Below, in pieces: positions 31,557 through 32,000 of a stretch of 32,000 nt of DNA (its first letter is position 1; every line of letters begins with the position of its first letter). Origin of the DNA: Candidatus Kuenenia stuttgartensis (lineage in GTDB: Bacteria > Planctomycetota > Brocadiia > Brocadiales > Brocadiaceae); assembly GCF_900232105.1 (NCBI RefSeq), contig NZ_LT934425.1:810001-842000 (forward strand), written 5' to 3'. The position numbers and the translations under genes are program-made. Under the pieces are notes generated by a model. It made no database searches. It was not told the origin of the DNA and saw only the letters and a program-made list of their open reading frames with translations.

Positions 31557-32000
31557 CGGAATGTGGAATAAGTCCCTTGCTGCCGTAAGGTCTTTTGGCA
31601 GGAAGGGATTTTATGTCACAGCAGGCGAAAGGACACGGCTTGCAACGGCAATTTTTTCTAAATACTGCAGCCGGAGATGGATCTATTCATCTCCGGTACT
31701 ATCCCAGGTTAATTTCCTTACTGACCTTGAAGCGGAACTGAAAGCGGGGAGGTACGATGTTATCTTTCCTATGGAATTTTCTACACAGGTTCTTTTAACT
31801 GAAGTTGCAAACAGGCAGATGATTGAAAAATATACAAGATTGCCTTTTGCCGATGCTGATCTTGCCAAAAAAGGGAATGATAAAGCATTTATTATGCAGT
31901 ATGCAAGAGAACGAGGGATTGGCGTCCCGACAACGTATATGGTAAATGATATTGAGCAGCTTGCGGTGATTGCAAAAGAAACTGCGTACCCTGTTCTTAT
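31534..32000 (+). CDS. ATP-grasp-type ligase, N-terminal part, running off the window
   Basis: Missing from the ORF track because it is open-ended. My translation is MNRVLVLDGMWNKSLAAVRSFGRKGFYVTAGERTRLATAIFSKYCSRRWIYSSP...KYTRLPFADADLAKKGNDKAFIMQYARERGIGVPTTYMVNDIEQLAVIAKETAYPVL. That is a pre-ATP-grasp layout followed by the K.....A...GI.VP pattern. It overlaps the upstream gene by 23 nt. Confidence 0.65.
   Translation, partial: MNRVLVLDGMWNKSLAAVRSFGRKGFYVTAGERTRLATAIFSKYCSRRWIYSSPVLSQVNFLTDLEAELKAGRYDVIFPMEFSTQVLLTEVANRQMIEKYTRLPFADADLAKKGNDKAFIMQYARERGIGVPTTYMVNDIEQLAVIAKETAYPVL

Overview
Bacterial chromosomal window, roughly 40% GC by eye, from a diderm organism. The lineage cannot be fixed from sequence alone. 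Gene content and repeat style make me guess a planctomycete or anammox-like genome, at low confidence. The backbone is housekeeping and envelope genes: bcsB(partial)-bcsA with a PilZ domain (minus strand); a DHH-like gene, a GIY-YIG/DUF123 gene and mutS; floA; a complete mlaE-F-D-C-A operon followed directly by purH; trpF; a DUF2905 gene; and tandem guanine and cytosine deaminases. The last 7 kb is a co-directional, partly overlapping cluster: LpxL-like acyltransferase, LolA-like, DedA/TVP38, radical-SAM/SPASM, a secreted protein, a lipoprotein, B12-radical-SAM and ATP-grasp (runs off the window). The backbone carries a heavy mobile and repeat load. (1) A 4,434-bp IS66-family element (20583-25016) has perfect 28-bp GTAA-type inverted repeats and an 8-bp target duplication, AAATTATC. 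It carries an IS66-type transposase, a frameshifted DUF4338 (DruA-like) gene in place of tnpA/tnpB, and an IS1634-type transposase bracketed by a 22-nt direct repeat. (2) A family of about 150-bp MITEs has ends matching that IS. (3) A 203-bp MITE with a TA duplication splits a glycosyltransferase-like gene, and removing it in silico restores the frame exactly. (4) Two further palindromic or modular repeat families sit in intergenic regions. Other points: hicB is intact but hicA is frameshifted; the Rpn-family nuclease gene has a strong internal SD+ATG and a 73-nt copy of its own interior right after its stop codon; MlaA has no lipobox and carries an acidic ~110-aa insert. No rRNA, tRNA or CRISPR array was found. 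Every functional call rests on motifs I recognised by eye in the translations. No database search was run.
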